Shown: positions 44,579-56,631 of the stretch, piece after piece | How the letters are laid out: each line of letters begins with the position of its first letter | Position numbering within the stretch: the first letter of the stretch is position 1 | Source: Paracoccaceae bacterium | GTDB taxonomy: Bacteria > Pseudomonadota > Alphaproteobacteria > Rhodobacterales > Rhodobacteraceae | Assembly: GCA_007692585.1 (NCBI GenBank) | Contig: REBU01000105.1 | Coordinates: 197-64,196 of the forward strand | Direction of reading: 5' to 3' | Length of the DNA: 64,000 nt | Made by a program: the position numbers and the translations under genes | Notes under the pieces: model-generated | Told to the model about the DNA's origin: nothing | What the model saw: the letters and a program-made list of their open reading frames with translations, nothing else | Databases searched by the model: none

Positions 44579-46783
44579 TCAGTAGAAACTCTGCGGGTCA
44601 ATATCGACGCTCAGCCGCAACTCGCCCTTCAACTTGTGCGGCCGGAGCCATTGCGCAATCGCGGCCTGCAAGGGCGCGGCCTTGGGCGCCTTGACCAGAA
44701 GCCGCACCCGGTGGCGGCCGCGAATCCGAGCAATCGGCGCGGGCGCGGGGCCATAAACCTGCGCGCCCACAGCCCGCAAAGGCTGGTCGGCGCGCACCAG
44801 ATCCTGACCCAGCGCGAAAGCAGGCTCCAGCGCCGGGGCGGAGATCACGATCCCCGCCAACCGCCCGAAAGGTGGCATGCCAAGGGCGATGCGCTGCGCG
44901 GCCTCGCTTTGCCAGAATGCCTCCTCCGCGCCCGACAGAATCGCGCGGATCACCGGATGCTCGGGCTGGCTGGTCTGGATCAAGGCCACGCCCGGCTTCT
45001 CTGCCCGCCCGGCGCGCCCAGAAACCTGCCGCACGAGTTGAAACACCCGCTCTGCCGCGCGCAGATCCGAGCCTGAAAGTCCCAGATCCGCGTCAATCAC
45101 GCCGACCAACGTCAGCGCGGGGAAATTATGGCCCTTGGCCACGATCTGCGTGCCGATGATGATATCGGCCTCGCCGCCCGCAATCGCGCCGATCTGTTCT
45201 TTCAGCGCGCGGGCCGAGCCGAACAGATCCGAGGACAGCACCGCCACCCGCGCGTCAGGCCAGAGCGCGCGGGCTTCTTCCTCCAGCCGCTCGACGCCGG
45301 GGCCGACCGGGGCCAGCCGGTCCTCGACCCCGCAAGCGGGACAGGTCAGCGGGATCGGTTTGGACGCCCCGCATTGATGGCAGACCAGCCGTTTCAGAAA
45401 CCGATGCTCCACCATCCGCGCGTCGCAATCATCGCATCCGATCTGATGGCCGCAAGCACGACACACGGTCAGCGGCGCATAGCCGCGCCGGTTCAGGAAT
45501 AACAGCGCCTGCTCGCCAGCTGCCACCCGCGCGCTGACCGCGCGCTGCAGCGTGGGCGAAATCCAGCGGTTCGAGGGCAGCTCTTCGGCGCGCAGGTCAA
45601 TCGCGCGCATCTCGGGCAAAGGATTCACGCCAAAGCGCGCCGCCAGATCCAGCCGCGCATATTTGCCGTTTTCCGCATTTACCCAGGTCTCCAGCGACGG
45701 CGTGGCCGAGGCCAGCACGATCTGCGCGCCCGCCATCGCCGCACGCAGCACCGCCATGTCGCGCGCATGATAGAGCACGCCCTCTTCCTGCTTGTAGGAA
45801 CTGTCATGCTCCTCATCGACCACGATCAGCCCCAGATCGCGGAAGGGCAAAAACAACGCCGAGCGCGCCCCGACCACAAGCTGCGCGCCGCCTTGCGCCA
45901 CCATATGCCAGCACCGCCGCCGCTCGCTCAGCGTCACGCCGGAATGCCATTCTGCGGGCCGCGCACCGAAACGCGCCTCGACGCGGGTCAGGAATTCGGC
46001 ACTCAGCGCGATCTCGGGCAAGAGGACCAGCGCCTGCCGCCCCTGCGCCAGACAGGCGGCGACGGCTTCGAGATAGACCTCGGTCTTGCCCGAACCCGTC
46101 ACCCCGCGCAGAAGCGTCGTGCCATAGCCGCCCCTGCGCAGCCCGTCGCAGAGTGCCTGCGCCGCAGCCGCCTGATCGTCAGTCAGATCGGGGCCAGGCC
46201 GGGCCGGGTCCAGACGCGGATAGGGCTGGTCGCGCGGGGCCTGCCGCTCGATCAGCGCGCCCGCCTGCACCAGCCCGCGCACCACGCCCAGACTGACGCC
46301 CGCCGCCTGCGCCACCTCGCCGGGGGTCAACCCCGCACCGCCGAAATCACCGAACACCGCCAGCGCCTTGTCGCGCGCCTCCGTCATGCGCGCGGGCAAA
46401 TGATCGCCGGGATAGAGCAGCTTGCGCATGGCCACGCCCTGCCCCAGATCCGGCACCCGCGTCGCCAGTCGCAGCATCGCGGGCAAGGGCGTCAGCGTAT
46501 ACTCCGCCACGCGGGCCAGAAAATCGCGCAGCTCCGCGCGCATCGGCGCGGCGTCGAGCACCCGGCCCACGCGGCGCAGCTTCTCGCGCGGGAACGTGCC
46601 CTCGGCCGCGCCCCAGACCACCCCGACCACCCGGCGCGGCCCCAGCGGCACTTCGACAAACGCGCCCAGCCACGCGCCGCCCTCGGGCGCGAGATAGTCG
46701 AGCACGCGGCCCAGAGGCTCGGCCGTCAGCACGCCGCAGGGGGTGCCTGCGTCGAAGAATTCAGGCGTGTCAGTCATGGGCAT
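44579..46783 (-). CDS. priA: primosomal protein N' (replication restart helicase PriA)
   Basis: Helicase motifs [11 protein letters not shown] and VVDEEHD, plus the Cys-rich zinc region [20 protein letters not shown]...CHQCG...CPACG. The start is uncertain (46783 or 46777). Confidence 0.93.
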   Translation of the reverse strand: MPMTDTPEFFDAGTPCGVLTAEPLGRVLDYLAPEGGAWLGAFVEVPLGPRRVVGVVWGAAEGTFPREKLRRVGRVLDAAPMRAELRDFLARVAEYTLTPLPAMLRLATRVPDLGQGVAMRKLLYPGDHLPARMTEARDKALAVFGDFGGAGLTPGEVAQAAGVSLGVVRGLVQAGALIERQAPRDQPYPRLDPARPGPDLTDDQAAAAQALCDGLRRGGYGTTLLRGVTGSGKTEVYLEAVAACLAQGRQALVLLPEIALSAEFLTRVEARFGARPAEWHSGVTLSERRRCWHMVAQGGAQLVVGARSALFLPFRDLGLIVVDEEHDSSYKQEEGVLYHARDMAVLRAAMAGAQIVLASATPSLETWVNAENGKYARLDLAARFGVNPLPEMRAIDLRAEELPSNRWISPTLQRAVSARVAAGEQALLFLNRRGYAPLTVCRACGHQIGCDDCDARMVEHRFLKRLVCHQCGASKPIPLTCPACGVEDRLAPVGPGVERLEEEARALWPDARVAVLSSDLFGSARALKEQIGAIAGGEADIIIGTQIVAKGHNFPALTLVGVIDADLGLSGSDLRAAERVFQLVRQVSGRAGRAEKPGVALIQTSQPEHPVIRAILSGAEEAFWQSEAAQRIALGMPPFGRLAGIVISAPALEPAFALGQDLVRADQPLRAVGAQVYGPAPAPIARIRGRHRVRLLVKAPKAAPLQAAIAQWLRPHKLKGELRLSVDIDPQSFY

Positions 46784-46861
46784 GGCAAAAGGGGTTCCGG
46801 CGCGGCGCGCGTTCAGGTATGACGCGCGCAAGGACTGTCTGCAACCCGAAGGAAATGAGCG

Positions 46862-47515
46862 ATGAAATTCTTTGTAGATTCCGCCGATGTTAGCGCAATC
46901 AGAGAGCTGAACGAGCTGGGCATGGTCGATGGCGTGACCACCAACCCCTCGCTGATCCTGAAATCAGGCCGCGACATCATCGAGGTCACGCGCGAAATCT
47001 GCGAGCTGGTCGAAGGCCCGGTTTCCGCTGAAGTCGTGGCGCTGGAAGCCGGTGCGATGATCGCCGAAGGGCGCAAACTGGCCGAAATCGCACCCAATAT
47101 CACCGTCAAGCTGCCGCTGACCTGGGACGGTCTGAAAGCCTGCAAGGTGCTGTCGGGCGAGGGCAAGATGGTCAATGTCACGCTGTGCTTCTCGGCCAAT
47201 CAGGCACTTCTGGCGGCAAAGGCAGGCGCGACCTTCATCTCGCCCTTCCTCGGGCGGCTCGATGACATCGCGCTCGACGGGGTCGAATTGATCGAGGATA
47301 TCCGCATAATTTATGACAATTACGGGTTCGAGACACAGATCCTTGCGGCCTCGATCCGGTCGGTGAACCATGTTCTGGACGTCGCGCGCATCGGTGCGGA
47401 TGTGATGACCGCACCGCCCGAAGTGATCCGCAAACTGGCCTTCCACCCGCTGACCGATGCCGGACTGGCACAATTCATGAAGGATTGGGAAAAAACAGGT
47501 CAAAAAATCCTGTGA
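46862..47515 (+). CDS. tal: transaldolase / fructose-6-phosphate aldolase family (short TalC/Fsa type)
   Basis: [10 protein letters not shown]...GVTTNPSLI...VKLP...VNVTLCFS...[10 protein letters not shown]. Confidence 0.92.
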   Translation: MKFFVDSADVSAIRELNELGMVDGVTTNPSLILKSGRDIIEVTREICELVEGPVSAEVVALEAGAMIAEGRKLAEIAPNITVKLPLTWDGLKACKVLSGEGKMVNVTLCFSANQALLAAKAGATFISPFLGRLDDIALDGVELIEDIRIIYDNYGFETQILAASIRSVNHVLDVARIGADVMTAPPEVIRKLAFHPLTDAGLAQFMKDWEKTGQKIL

Positions 47516-47573
47516 CCTTTGCTATAGTCTTGCGAAGCGATAAAAAACGAGCAGTAAACGGACAGGCCAAGAC

Positions 47574-48290
47574 ATGACAGCATCCAACCCAAGGCCCGAT
47601 GCGGCCACGGAGGTGCGGGACCGCATTATCGCGGACCCGACCCTCATCCTCGACGACAAGGACGTGATGCGCACGCTTGTAGCGGCCAGCGAGCGCGGCA
47701 TGGGCGACAATATCGTGGATATGCGCGGGCTTGCGATGGAACGGCTGGAAGCCCGTCTGGCGCGGCTGGAGGAAACCCACCGTGCGGTGATTGCGGCGGC
47801 CTATGAAAACCTGTCGGGCACCAACCAGATCCACCGCGCGATCCTGCGCATGCTCGACCCCGAGCAATTCGAGGATTTTCTGCATATCCTCGGCAGTGAC
47901 GTGGCCCATGTGCTGAATGTCGACGCGATCAAACTGGTGCTGGAAAGCCCCGATGCCGGCCCCGACCCGGCGCTGGAGCGGATCTCGGATGTGGTCTGCG
48001 TCGTGCGCCCCGGCTTCATCGAAGCTTATATGAGCACCGAGCGCGGCCCGACCACAAGACAGGTCGTGCTGCGTCAGATGATCCCGCAGACCGAAGTCCT
48101 TTATGCGGCCAAGACGCCGGACCTGCGCTCGGAAGCCTGCATGCGGCTCGATCTAGGGCAGCACCGGATGGGTGGCATGCTGGTCATGGCTTCGGACAAC
48201 CCGCATATGTTCAAGGCCGGACAGGGCACCGACCTTCTGTCCTTCTTCGCAGGTATTTTCGAGCGGTCGATGCGGCGCTGGCTGGCGTGA
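47574..48290 (+). CDS. DUF484 family protein
   Basis: 238 aa, directly upstream of and overlapping xerC. DUF484-xerC is a common pairing. It has a GAF-like C-terminal pattern. Confidence 0.7.
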   Translation: MTASNPRPDAATEVRDRIIADPTLILDDKDVMRTLVAASERGMGDNIVDMRGLAMERLEARLARLEETHRAVIAAAYENLSGTNQIHRAILRMLDPEQFEDFLHILGSDVAHVLNVDAIKLVLESPDAGPDPALERISDVVCVVRPGFIEAYMSTERGPTTRQVVLRQMIPQTEVLYAAKTPDLRSEACMRLDLGQHRMGGMLVMASDNPHMFKAGQGTDLLSFFAGIFERSMRRWLA

Positions 48291-49219
48291 ACCGGGCTTT
48301 GCCAAGCGCGCAGATGCGCGACGCGCTGGCGGCCTGGCTGGACGGGATGCGCGCGCTCGATGGCGCTTCCGAACATACGATCGCGGCCTATGCGCAGGAC
48401 CTTCGCGGGTTTCTGGGCTTCATCGCTGGCCATCATGGCGGCGCGGGCGGGCTGCGCCAGATCGCAGAGATCACGCAATCGGATCTGCGCGCCTGGATGG
48501 CGTCCGAGCGCGCAGGCGGGCTTGGCAGCCGCAGCCTTGCGCGCAAGCTCTCGGCGTTGAAAAGCTTCGCGCGCTGGCTGGCCGAGCGCGAAGGCTTCGA
48601 CATATCGCCCATCCTGGCGGCCCGCGCGCCAAAATTCAGCCGCAACCTGCCTCGCCCCCTGAGCGTGGAGGCCGCGCGCGATGTCATCGCGATGGCCCCG
48701 CTGCAAAGCCGCGACGATTGGACCGGCGCGCGCGACGCGGCGGTGATCACGCTGCTTTACGGCTGCGGCTTGCGCGTGTCCGAAGCGTTGGGGCTGACCG
48801 GGCGCGACCTGCCCCTGCGCGACAGCCTGCGCATCCTTGGCAAGGGCGGACGCGAGCGGCTGGTGCCGGTCCTGCCCGCCGCGCGCGACAGTGTGGCGGC
48901 CTATCTGCGCGCCTGCCCGCATCCGGTGGAACCGGACATGCCGATCTTTCGCGGCAAACGCGGCGGCCCGCTCAGCCGCCGCCATGTCGCCAAGGTGATG
49001 GAAGCCGCGCGCCTGCAACTCGGCCTGCCCGCCACGGCCACACCCCATGCGCTGCGCCATTCCTTTGCCACGCATCTGCTGGCCGCTGGCGGCGATCTGC
49101 GGGCGATCCAGGAGCTTCTGGGCCACGCCTCGCTGCAATCGACGCAGATTTATACAGCCGTCGACACGACGCGGCTGATGGAGATTTACGCCGCCGCCCA
49201 TCCGCGCGCGGGCCAGTGA
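48287..49219 (+). CDS. xerC: site-specific tyrosine recombinase XerC
   Basis: ARDAAVITLLYGCGLRVSEALGL...HALRHSFATHLLAAGGDLRAIQELLGHASLQSTQIYT. Confidence 0.9.
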   Translation: MNRALPSAQMRDALAAWLDGMRALDGASEHTIAAYAQDLRGFLGFIAGHHGGAGGLRQIAEITQSDLRAWMASERAGGLGSRSLARKLSALKSFARWLAEREGFDISPILAARAPKFSRNLPRPLSVEAARDVIAMAPLQSRDDWTGARDAAVITLLYGCGLRVSEALGLTGRDLPLRDSLRILGKGGRERLVPVLPAARDSVAAYLRACPHPVEPDMPIFRGKRGGPLSRRHVAKVMEAARLQLGLPATATPHALRHSFATHLLAAGGDLRAIQELLGHASLQSTQIYTAVDTTRLMEIYAAAHPRAGQ

Positions 49220-49283
49220 TTGCATCCTGCTCCACGCTCTGACACACAAGCCCCACTGAAATCCGACAAAGGCCCGCTCCAAC

Positions 49284-49976
49284 ATGACCGCAAGCTGGAA
49301 AGCCTATTTCGTCCATCTGTTCACGGCCACAGGCGCGGTCTTTGCCATGCTCGCACTGCTTGCGGCGGTGACCGGCGACTGGGCGCTGATGTTCCTGTGG
49401 CTGGTCGTGGCCTTCATCGTCGATGGGATCGATGGCCCGCTGGCACGGCGCTACAATGTCAAAAAGCACGCCAAGACCATTGACGGGGTGCTTCTGGACC
49501 TGATCATCGACTATCTGACCTATGTCTTCATCCCGGCCTTCGCGCTGTTTCAGTCCGGGCTCCTGCCCGGCTGGACCGGCTGGATCGCGATCATCGTGAT
49601 CACCTTCACCTCGGTGCTGTATTTCGCCGACACACGGATGAAGACCAGCGACAATTCCTTTCAGGGCTTTCCCGCCTGCTGGAACATGGCAGCTGTCGTG
49701 ATCTTCGCGACACGGCCCGATTTCTGGGTGATCCTCGCCATCGTGGGCTTTCTGGCCGTGGCGATGTTCACACCGCTGAAATTCATCCATCCCGTGCGCA
49801 CCGAGCGCTGGCGCGCGCTGTCGCTGCCCGTAGCCCTGGTCTGGACCGCGCTGGCTGGCTGGGCGGCCTGGACCAATTTCGACCAGCCGATGGCCGCAAC
49901 GGCGGGGCTGATCGTGACAAGCCTCTATCTCACAACTGTCGGCATCGCCCAGCAACTCTGGCCCGCGCGCGGCTGA
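49284..49976 (+). CDS. pcs: phosphatidylcholine synthase (CDP-alcohol phosphatidyltransferase family)
   Basis: AYFVHLFTATGAVFAMLAL...DGIDGPLARRY...LDLIIDYLTYVFIP; multi-pass membrane protein. Confidence 0.85.
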   Translation: MTASWKAYFVHLFTATGAVFAMLALLAAVTGDWALMFLWLVVAFIVDGIDGPLARRYNVKKHAKTIDGVLLDLIIDYLTYVFIPAFALFQSGLLPGWTGWIAIIVITFTSVLYFADTRMKTSDNSFQGFPACWNMAAVVIFATRPDFWVILAIVGFLAVAMFTPLKFIHPVRTERWRALSLPVALVWTALAGWAAWTNFDQPMAATAGLIVTSLYLTTVGIAQQLWPARG

Positions 49977-50083
49977 CCCCCCCATCGCGTCAGATGCGCG
50001 GGCCACATGCCCCCTTTCGCACTTGCACAAGCCCCGGCCCCGGACTTATGGTCGGGCGCAGGCAAGCCACAAGGAGCACGCGC

Positions 50084-50959
50084 ATGCAGATCAGGACCGT
50101 CGGGGTCGTCGGCGCAGGCCAGATGGGCAACGGCATCGCGCATGTCTTCGCGCTGTCAGGCTACGATGTGCTGCTCACGGATGTGTCGCAGGACGCGCTT
50201 GAAAAAGCGGTCGCGCTGATCGACCGCAATATCGAACGCCAAGTGACCAAGGGTCGCACGTCGCCCGAGGACAAGGCCGCCGCCATGGACCGCATCCGCA
50301 CCACGACGCGGCTGGCCGATCTTGGCCCCGCTGATCTGATCATCGAAGCCGCGACCGAGCGCGAGACGGTCAAACAGGCGATTTTCGAGGATCTGCTGCC
50401 CCATATCCAGCCGCATACGATCCTGACCTCGAATACATCGTCGATCTCGATCACGCGGCTCGCCTCGCGCACCGACAGGCCCGAGAAATTCATGGGGTTT
50501 CACTTCATGAACCCTGTACCGGTGATGCAGCTGGTCGAACTGATCCGTGGCATCGCGACCGACGAGCCCACCTACAAAACCCTGCTCGGCGTAGTTGACT
50601 CCCTGGGCAAAACGGCGGCCAGCGCCGAGGATTTCCCCGCCTTCATCGTCAACCGCATCCTGATGCCGATGATCAACGAGGCCGTCTACACGCTCTATGA
50701 AGGTGTGGGATCCGTAAAATCCATCGACGAATCGCTCAAACTCGGGGCCAATCACCCGATGGGGCCGCTGGAGCTGGCCGATTTCATCGGGCTCGATACC
50801 TGCCTTGCGATCATGAATGTGCTCCATGACGGGCTCGCGGATACGAAATACCGTCCCTGCCCGCTGCTGACCAAATATGTCGAGGCTGGCTGGCTGGGGC
50901 GCAAGACTGGCCGGGGCTTTTATGATTATCGCGGCGAGACCCCCGTGCCCACGCGCTGA
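50084..50959 (+). CDS. hbd: 3-hydroxybutyryl-CoA dehydrogenase
   Basis: Start at MQIRTVGVVGAGQMGNGIA, a Rossmann motif. Also carries SNTSSISIT and FHFMNPVPVMQLVE. Confidence 0.9.
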   Translation: MQIRTVGVVGAGQMGNGIAHVFALSGYDVLLTDVSQDALEKAVALIDRNIERQVTKGRTSPEDKAAAMDRIRTTTRLADLGPADLIIEAATERETVKQAIFEDLLPHIQPHTILTSNTSSISITRLASRTDRPEKFMGFHFMNPVPVMQLVELIRGIATDEPTYKTLLGVVDSLGKTAASAEDFPAFIVNRILMPMINEAVYTLYEGVGSVKSIDESLKLGANHPMGPLELADFIGLDTCLAIMNVLHDGLADTKYRPCPLLTKYVEAGWLGRKTGRGFYDYRGETPVPTR

Positions 50960-51014
50960 CAAACACGGCTTTGTCGCTTGACCGGGCCGCCAAGATGATG
51001 CGTTAAAGCAAGCC

Positions 51015-51758
51015 ATGGCACGCGCGAAATCCCCGAAATCCCCCCGTCAGCCGCAGCGCAAAGCCGGGCTTTTGCGCCGCGTCGCGGGCCAGTTCGAACG
51101 GCTCTGGCGCAAGGTGCTTCTGGCCCTTGTCATCGTGCTGGTCCTGGCTTTCGCCTGGGTCGGGCTCTATCGTTTCGTTCCGCCGCCCGGTGGCATCTAC
51201 ATGTTTCAGGAATACCGCCGGCTGGGCGAGATTCAGCGCGACTGGGTGCCGATGGAACGCATAGCACCCGTCATGGCGCGGTCGGTCATCGCCGCCGAGG
51301 ATGCGAATTTCTGCCTGCATTGGGGCTTTGACATGAATGAGATCCGCCGCGTGATCGAACAGGGCAGCAATCGCGGCGCTTCGACCCTGACGCAGCAGAC
51401 CGCAAAGAATGTGTTTCTCTGGCATGGCCGCAATTTTCTGCGCAAAGGGCTGGAATCGGGCTTCACACTGATGATCGAAGCGCTCTGGCCCAAGCGCCGC
51501 ATCGTCGAGGTCTATCTCAATATCGCGGAATTCGACGAAGGCGTGTTCGGCGTTGAGGCTGCCGCGCGCCACTATTTCCGCACCACCGCCGCCGACCTGA
51601 CCCCGGTTCAGGCCGCGCGCCTCGCTGCCGTCCTGCCTGCCCCCAAAAGCCGCAATGCCGCCAACCCCTCGCAATTTGTGCGCAACCGCGCGGCCTCGAT
51701 CATGGACGGAGCGGCAACAATCGCCCGCGACGGGCGCGCGAATTGTCTGGGCGGTTGA
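51015..51758 (+). CDS. mtgA: monofunctional biosynthetic peptidoglycan transglycosylase
   Basis: IAAEDANFCLHWGFD...GASTLTQQTAKNVFLW...RKGLE, preceded by an N-terminal TM helix. Confidence 0.9.
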   Translation: MARAKSPKSPRQPQRKAGLLRRVAGQFERLWRKVLLALVIVLVLAFAWVGLYRFVPPPGGIYMFQEYRRLGEIQRDWVPMERIAPVMARSVIAAEDANFCLHWGFDMNEIRRVIEQGSNRGASTLTQQTAKNVFLWHGRNFLRKGLESGFTLMIEALWPKRRIVEVYLNIAEFDEGVFGVEAAARHYFRTTAADLTPVQAARLAAVLPAPKSRNAANPSQFVRNRAASIMDGAATIARDGRANCLGG

Positions 51759-51819
51759 ACTTTCCGTTCCGGCTTGGCAAGAGGGAAGCAGCCCCAAGAA
51801 TGAAAGCAGTGCATCCCCG

Positions 51820-52485
51820 ATGGCGCGTTTGTATCATGTCCCCCTGTCGCCTTTTTGCCGCAAGGTCCGGCTGACGCTCGCCGAAAAGCGCATCGAGGTC
51901 GAGCTGGTCGAGGAACGCTATTGGGAACCCAGTCAGGATTTCATGCGCCGCAACCCGGCTGGCAAGGTGCCGATCCTGCGCCATGAAGGGCGCGTGCTGA
52001 CGGAAAGCCAGGCGATTTGCGAATATCTCGACGAAACCGTGCCGCAGCCCCCGCTGATCCCGCCCGCGCCCGAAGCCCGCTACGAGATGCGCCGCGTCTG
52101 CACATGGTTTGACGACAAGTTCCATGTCGAAGTGACCTCGAACCTGCTTTATGAACGCGTCAACAAGAAGCTCATGGGGCGCGGCTACCCGGATTCGGCG
52201 CGCATCAAGATGGGGTCGGCGCGAATCAAGTTCCATCTCGACTACATGGACTGGCTTCTGGGCCAGCGCCGTTGGCTCGCGGGCAAGGATATGACGCTTG
52301 CCGATTTCACGGCGGCGGCGCATCTTTCCTGCCTCGATTACATCAGCGATGTGGATTGGGCGCGCTCCGCCCTCGTGCATGAATGGTATTCCAAGATCAA
52401 ATCGCGCCCGGCCTTCCGCACGCTTCTGGCCGATGCCCTGCCCGGTATGCCCCCACCCGCGCATTATGCCGATCTGGATTTCTGA
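51820..52485 (+). CDS. glutathione S-transferase family protein
   Basis: Start at MARLYHVPLSPFCRKVRLTLAEK (ATG 51820). Has a thioredoxin-like N-domain with GKVPIL...ESQAICEYL. Confidence 0.8.
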   Translation: MARLYHVPLSPFCRKVRLTLAEKRIEVELVEERYWEPSQDFMRRNPAGKVPILRHEGRVLTESQAICEYLDETVPQPPLIPPAPEARYEMRRVCTWFDDKFHVEVTSNLLYERVNKKLMGRGYPDSARIKMGSARIKFHLDYMDWLLGQRRWLAGKDMTLADFTAAAHLSCLDYISDVDWARSALVHEWYSKIKSRPAFRTLLADALPGMPPPAHYADLDF

Positions 52486-52509
52486 TGCGCTCAGGCCCAT
52501 GTAACGGTC

Positions 52510-53547
52510 ATGCGCGATGATCTGAAATCCGCCCTTCTGGCCGAAGCGCGCGCCCTGGGCTTTGACGCCTGCGCCATCACCCGGCCCGATGCCATCCCAC
52601 AGGCCCCCGAACGGCTGGCAGCCTTTGTCGCGGATGGGCGTCACGGGCAGATGGGCTGGATGGCCGAGCGCATGCACTGGCGCGGCGATCCGCACGCGCT
52701 CTGGCCTCAGGCGCAGAGCATCATCATGCTGGCACTCAGCTACACGCCCGAACATAACCCGCTCGATCTGCTGGGCTGGCGCGATCGGGGCGTGATCTCG
52801 GCCTATGCGCTGGGGCGCGATTATCATGACGTGGTGAAGAAACGCCTCAAGCAGCTGGGCCGCTGGCTGATCGCGGAAGCGGGCGGCGAGATCAAGGTCT
52901 TCGTCGACACCGCCCCGGTCATGGAAAAACCGCTGGCAGAAGCGGCAGGTCTGGGCTGGCAGGGCAAACACACGAACCTTCTGTCGCGGGACTTGGGCAA
53001 CTGGTTTTTCCTCGGCGCGATCTTCACCACGCTCGACCTGCCCCCCGACACCCCGGAGGCCCAGCATTGCGGCAGCTGCCGCGCCTGTCTGGATATCTGC
53101 CCGACCGACGCTTTCCCCGCGCCCTTCCAGCTCGACGCGCGGCGCTGCATTTCCTACCTGACAATCGAGCATCACGGCCCGGTGCCGCTGGATCTGCGCG
53201 CAAAACTGGGCAACCGGATCTATGGCTGCGACGATTGTCTGGCCGTCTGTCCCTGGAACAAATTCGCGGCCACTGCGCATGACGCGAAGCTTGCCGCGCG
53301 TGACGGCATGATCGCGCCCGATCTTGCAGACCTCGCCACGCTCGACGATGCCAGCTTCCGCGCCCGCTTCTCAGGCTCGCCCATCAAACGCATCGGGCGC
53401 AACCGGTTCATCCGCAACGTGCTCTACGCCATCGGCAATTCCGGCGACGCGCGGCTCTTGGCACCCGCGCAACGCCTCTGCAACGACCCCGATCCGGCGG
53501 TGGCCGACGCCGCCCGCTGGGCCACAGCCCGCCTGCGCGACAGCTAA
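52510..53547 (+). CDS. queG: tRNA epoxyqueuosine(34) reductase
   Basis: Two 4Fe-4S motifs, [16 protein letters not shown] and [13 protein letters not shown], plus HEAT-like C-terminal repeats. Confidence 0.9.
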   Translation: MRDDLKSALLAEARALGFDACAITRPDAIPQAPERLAAFVADGRHGQMGWMAERMHWRGDPHALWPQAQSIIMLALSYTPEHNPLDLLGWRDRGVISAYALGRDYHDVVKKRLKQLGRWLIAEAGGEIKVFVDTAPVMEKPLAEAAGLGWQGKHTNLLSRDLGNWFFLGAIFTTLDLPPDTPEAQHCGSCRACLDICPTDAFPAPFQLDARRCISYLTIEHHGPVPLDLRAKLGNRIYGCDDCLAVCPWNKFAATAHDAKLAARDGMIAPDLADLATLDDASFRARFSGSPIKRIGRNRFIRNVLYAIGNSGDARLLAPAQRLCNDPDPAVADAARWATARLRDS

Positions 53548-53550
53548 GGC

Positions 53551-54897
53551 TCAGTTCTGCAGATAGACTTCCAGACTGTCATCAAGCGCATCTTTCCACG
53601 GTGTGTGATGCACCGGCGCCATGGTCCCCGTGATGACCGAACGGTAGGAATTGTCCCGAAACGCCATGATATCCTTGGCCTTGTGCTTCTTCCACTCGAA
53701 GAAGGCCTGCGACGCGCCGTCAATATCGAAGGACGGATAATCTGTCTCGGCCACCAGCTCCTTGATGTAATCGGCCTGATAGAGGATCGCGTCCTTGGTA
53801 TCCTGCCCCGCATCCTCGCGCGCCACGCGGTCGGTGACATCGGCCAGCAACACGGCCTTGTCCTCAGGGATCGCGATCTTGCCCAGGATCGCATCGCGCA
53901 CCCACCAGGCTTGGGCGTCGAACATGTTGAAGGTGAACCACTGGTCCTGCATCCCCAGATAGAACAGCTTGGGGTTATGCACCCAGACCACCCCTTTATA
54001 AAGATCCGCTGTCGCCAGCCGATTGGCGGTTTTCAGCCGCAGATCATCGGGCAGGAAGTTGAAGAAATGCTTGTAGCCGGTGCAAAGAATGATCGCATCG
54101 AGATGTTTGGTGCTGCCATCGCTGAAATAGCCGGTATTGCCCTCGACCCGCTCCAGCGCGGGCTTTTCTTCCCAGTTTTCGGGCCATTTGAACCCCATCG
54201 GCGCCGAGCGGTAGCACGACGTGACCGATTTCGCGCCGTATTTCCAGCATTGCGAGCCGATATCCTCGGCGGAATAGGACGCGCCCATCACGAGAATATC
54301 CTTGCCCGCAAATTCGCGCGCATCGCGGAAATCATGGGCGTGCAGCACGCGCCCGTTAAAGCTCTCGAAACCTGGGTAATGCGGCACATTCGGCACCGAA
54401 AAATGCCCCGAGGCCACGATCACATGGTCAAATGTCTCGGAATAGACATGGTCGCGCGTATGGTCATGCACCGTGACCGTGAACAGCCCGCTGTCATCGT
54501 CATAGCTCACCCAGCGCACAGCCGTGTTGAACCGCACCCAGTCGCGCACGCCCGCTTTCTTCACCCGCCCCTCGATATAGTCGAACAGCACCGCGCGCGG
54601 CGGGTAGGACGCGATCTGCTTGCCGAAATGCTCCTCGAAGGAATAATCGGCGAATTCCAGCCCTTCCTTGGGGCCGTTCGACCACAGATAGCGATACATC
54701 GAGCAATGCACCGGCTCGCCATTTTCATCGAGCCCGGTGCGCCAGGTGTAATTCCACAACCCGCCCCAATTATCCTGCTTCTCGAAACAGACGATCTCGG
54801 GGATGACCTCGCCCTTTTCCGCAGCAGATTGAAAGGCGCGCAACTGTGCCAGGCCCGAAGGGCCTGCGCCGATAATGGCAATTCGTTTCATGGTCAT
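53551..54897 (-). CDS. tmm: flavin-containing monooxygenase, bacterial trimethylamine monooxygenase (Tmm)-like
   Basis: Start at [16 protein letters not shown] (FAD motif). Carries [35 protein letters not shown] and the NADPH motif [11 protein letters not shown]. Overall it closely resembles marine Roseobacter Tmm. Confidence 0.8.
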   Translation of the reverse strand: MTMKRIAIIGAGPSGLAQLRAFQSAAEKGEVIPEIVCFEKQDNWGGLWNYTWRTGLDENGEPVHCSMYRYLWSNGPKEGLEFADYSFEEHFGKQIASYPPRAVLFDYIEGRVKKAGVRDWVRFNTAVRWVSYDDDSGLFTVTVHDHTRDHVYSETFDHVIVASGHFSVPNVPHYPGFESFNGRVLHAHDFRDAREFAGKDILVMGASYSAEDIGSQCWKYGAKSVTSCYRSAPMGFKWPENWEEKPALERVEGNTGYFSDGSTKHLDAIILCTGYKHFFNFLPDDLRLKTANRLATADLYKGVVWVHNPKLFYLGMQDQWFTFNMFDAQAWWVRDAILGKIAIPEDKAVLLADVTDRVAREDAGQDTKDAILYQADYIKELVAETDYPSFDIDGASQAFFEWKKHKAKDIMAFRDNSYRSVITGTMAPVHHTPWKDALDDSLEVYLQN

Positions 54898-55301
54898 GTG
54901 ACATTCCCTTCTGGCGGCGGCGTGGTCGACGGAACCGACAGGCATCCCGACCCGCTCAAAGCTGCGCCAGCCAAACACGATCTGTCAATAATTTTTCACT
55001 GCGGGAAACCAAATTTCATGTCAAGATCAGGGTTTCGCCTGTTGCACAGCCCCCGTCGCAGGATCGAGCGCCGCGCGCAAACCCGATGCAGGGCGCAAAT
55101 GCTTGCGCATCGCCAGATCCGGCGAGAATTGCCGTGAAACTTCCATATCCATTATTTATCAATATCTTGCGAAACATGCGTCGCGAACCACGCCCTCGCA
55201 TATAGTCAGGCAGAGTCGCATTTGACGACGGTTCTGTCAGTTCTCAACGCGCCACCGCCTGCAAAACAGGCTAGAGTGGGCGCGTAGTCAAGAGGACCGC
55301 C

Positions 55302-56552
55302 ATGCGCTATTCCGGTTTCCGCGTGATCAAAGAGGCCCTGACCGGCCATAAAGGCTGGACGAGCGCCTGGCGCGACCCCGACCCGCAACCGCACTATGAT
55401 ATCGTCATCGTGGGCGGCGGCGGGCATGGTCTGGCGACGGCCTATTACCTTGCCAGCCAGTTCCGCCAGCACAAGGTCGCGGTCATCGAAAAGGGCTGGA
55501 TCGGCGGCGGCAATGTCGGGCGCAACACAACCATCATCCGCTCGAATTACCTGCTCGACGGCAATGAACCTTTCTACGAATTCTCGCTCAAACTCTGGGA
55601 AGGGCTGGAGCAGGATTTCAACTATAACGCGATGGTCAGCCAGCGCGGCATTCTGAACCTGATCCACACCGACGCCCAGCGCGACGCCTATATCCGGCGC
55701 GGGAATGCCATGATCCTCAATGGGGCCGATGCCGAATTGCTCGATGTCGCACAGCTCAAGCGCGAATACCCTTTCCTGAACTATGACGATGCGCGCTTCC
55801 CCATCAAGGGCGGGCTCGCGCAACGGCGCGGCGGCACAGTGCGCCATGACGCGGTCGCCTGGGGCTATGCCCGCGGCGCGGACAGCCGCGGCGTGGACAT
55901 CCTCCAGAATTGCGAAGTCACCGGCTTTCGCATCGAAAACGGCCAATGCCTCGGCGTCGAGACGTCGCGCGGCTTCATCGGCGCGGGCAAGGTGGGCGTG
56001 GCGGTGGCGGGCAATTCCAGCCGCGTGATGGCCATGGCCGGCATGCGCCTGCCGATTGAATCCCATGTCCTGCAGGCTTTTGTCTCGGAGGGCCTGAAAC
56101 CCGTGATCCCCGGCGTGATCACGTTCGGCGCGGGGCATTTCTACTGCAGCCAGTCCGACAAGGGTGGGCTGGTCTTCGGCGGCGATATCGACGGCTACAA
56201 TTCCTACGCCCAGCGCGGCAACCTTCCGGTGATCGAGGATGTGGCCGAAGGCGGCATGGCGCTCTTTCCCGGCCTTGGCCGCGTGCGGCTGCTGCGGCTC
56301 TGGGGCGGCATCATGGACATGTCCATGGACGGCTCGCCCATCATCGACCGCACCGATATCGACGGGCTCTATTTCAACGGCGGCTGGTGCTATGGCGGGT
56401 TCAAGGCCACGCCTGCCTCAGGCTGGTGCTTCGCGCATCTGCTGGCCACGGATCAGCCCCATGAAACCGCGACCGCCTACCGCTTCGACCGCTTCCAGCG
56501 CGGCTATATGATCGACGAAAAAGGCATGGGCGCGCAGCCCAATCTGCACTGA
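55302..56552 (+). CDS. soxB: heterotetrameric sarcosine oxidase, beta subunit
   Basis: YDIVIVGGGGHGLATAYYLA; 416 aa; followed by the delta, alpha and gamma subunit genes. Confidence 0.9.
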   Translation: MRYSGFRVIKEALTGHKGWTSAWRDPDPQPHYDIVIVGGGGHGLATAYYLASQFRQHKVAVIEKGWIGGGNVGRNTTIIRSNYLLDGNEPFYEFSLKLWEGLEQDFNYNAMVSQRGILNLIHTDAQRDAYIRRGNAMILNGADAELLDVAQLKREYPFLNYDDARFPIKGGLAQRRGGTVRHDAVAWGYARGADSRGVDILQNCEVTGFRIENGQCLGVETSRGFIGAGKVGVAVAGNSSRVMAMAGMRLPIESHVLQAFVSEGLKPVIPGVITFGAGHFYCSQSDKGGLVFGGDIDGYNSYAQRGNLPVIEDVAEGGMALFPGLGRVRLLRLWGGIMDMSMDGSPIIDRTDIDGLYFNGGWCYGGFKATPASGWCFAHLLATDQPHETATAYRFDRFQRGYMIDEKGMGAQPNLH

Positions 56553-56631
56553 GCGCCGCCATGCCCCATTTTCTCGCCAAAAATACTCAAACACAACGCG
56601 ACCGCCCGGCGCCGCGCTTGCAGGAGCAGCC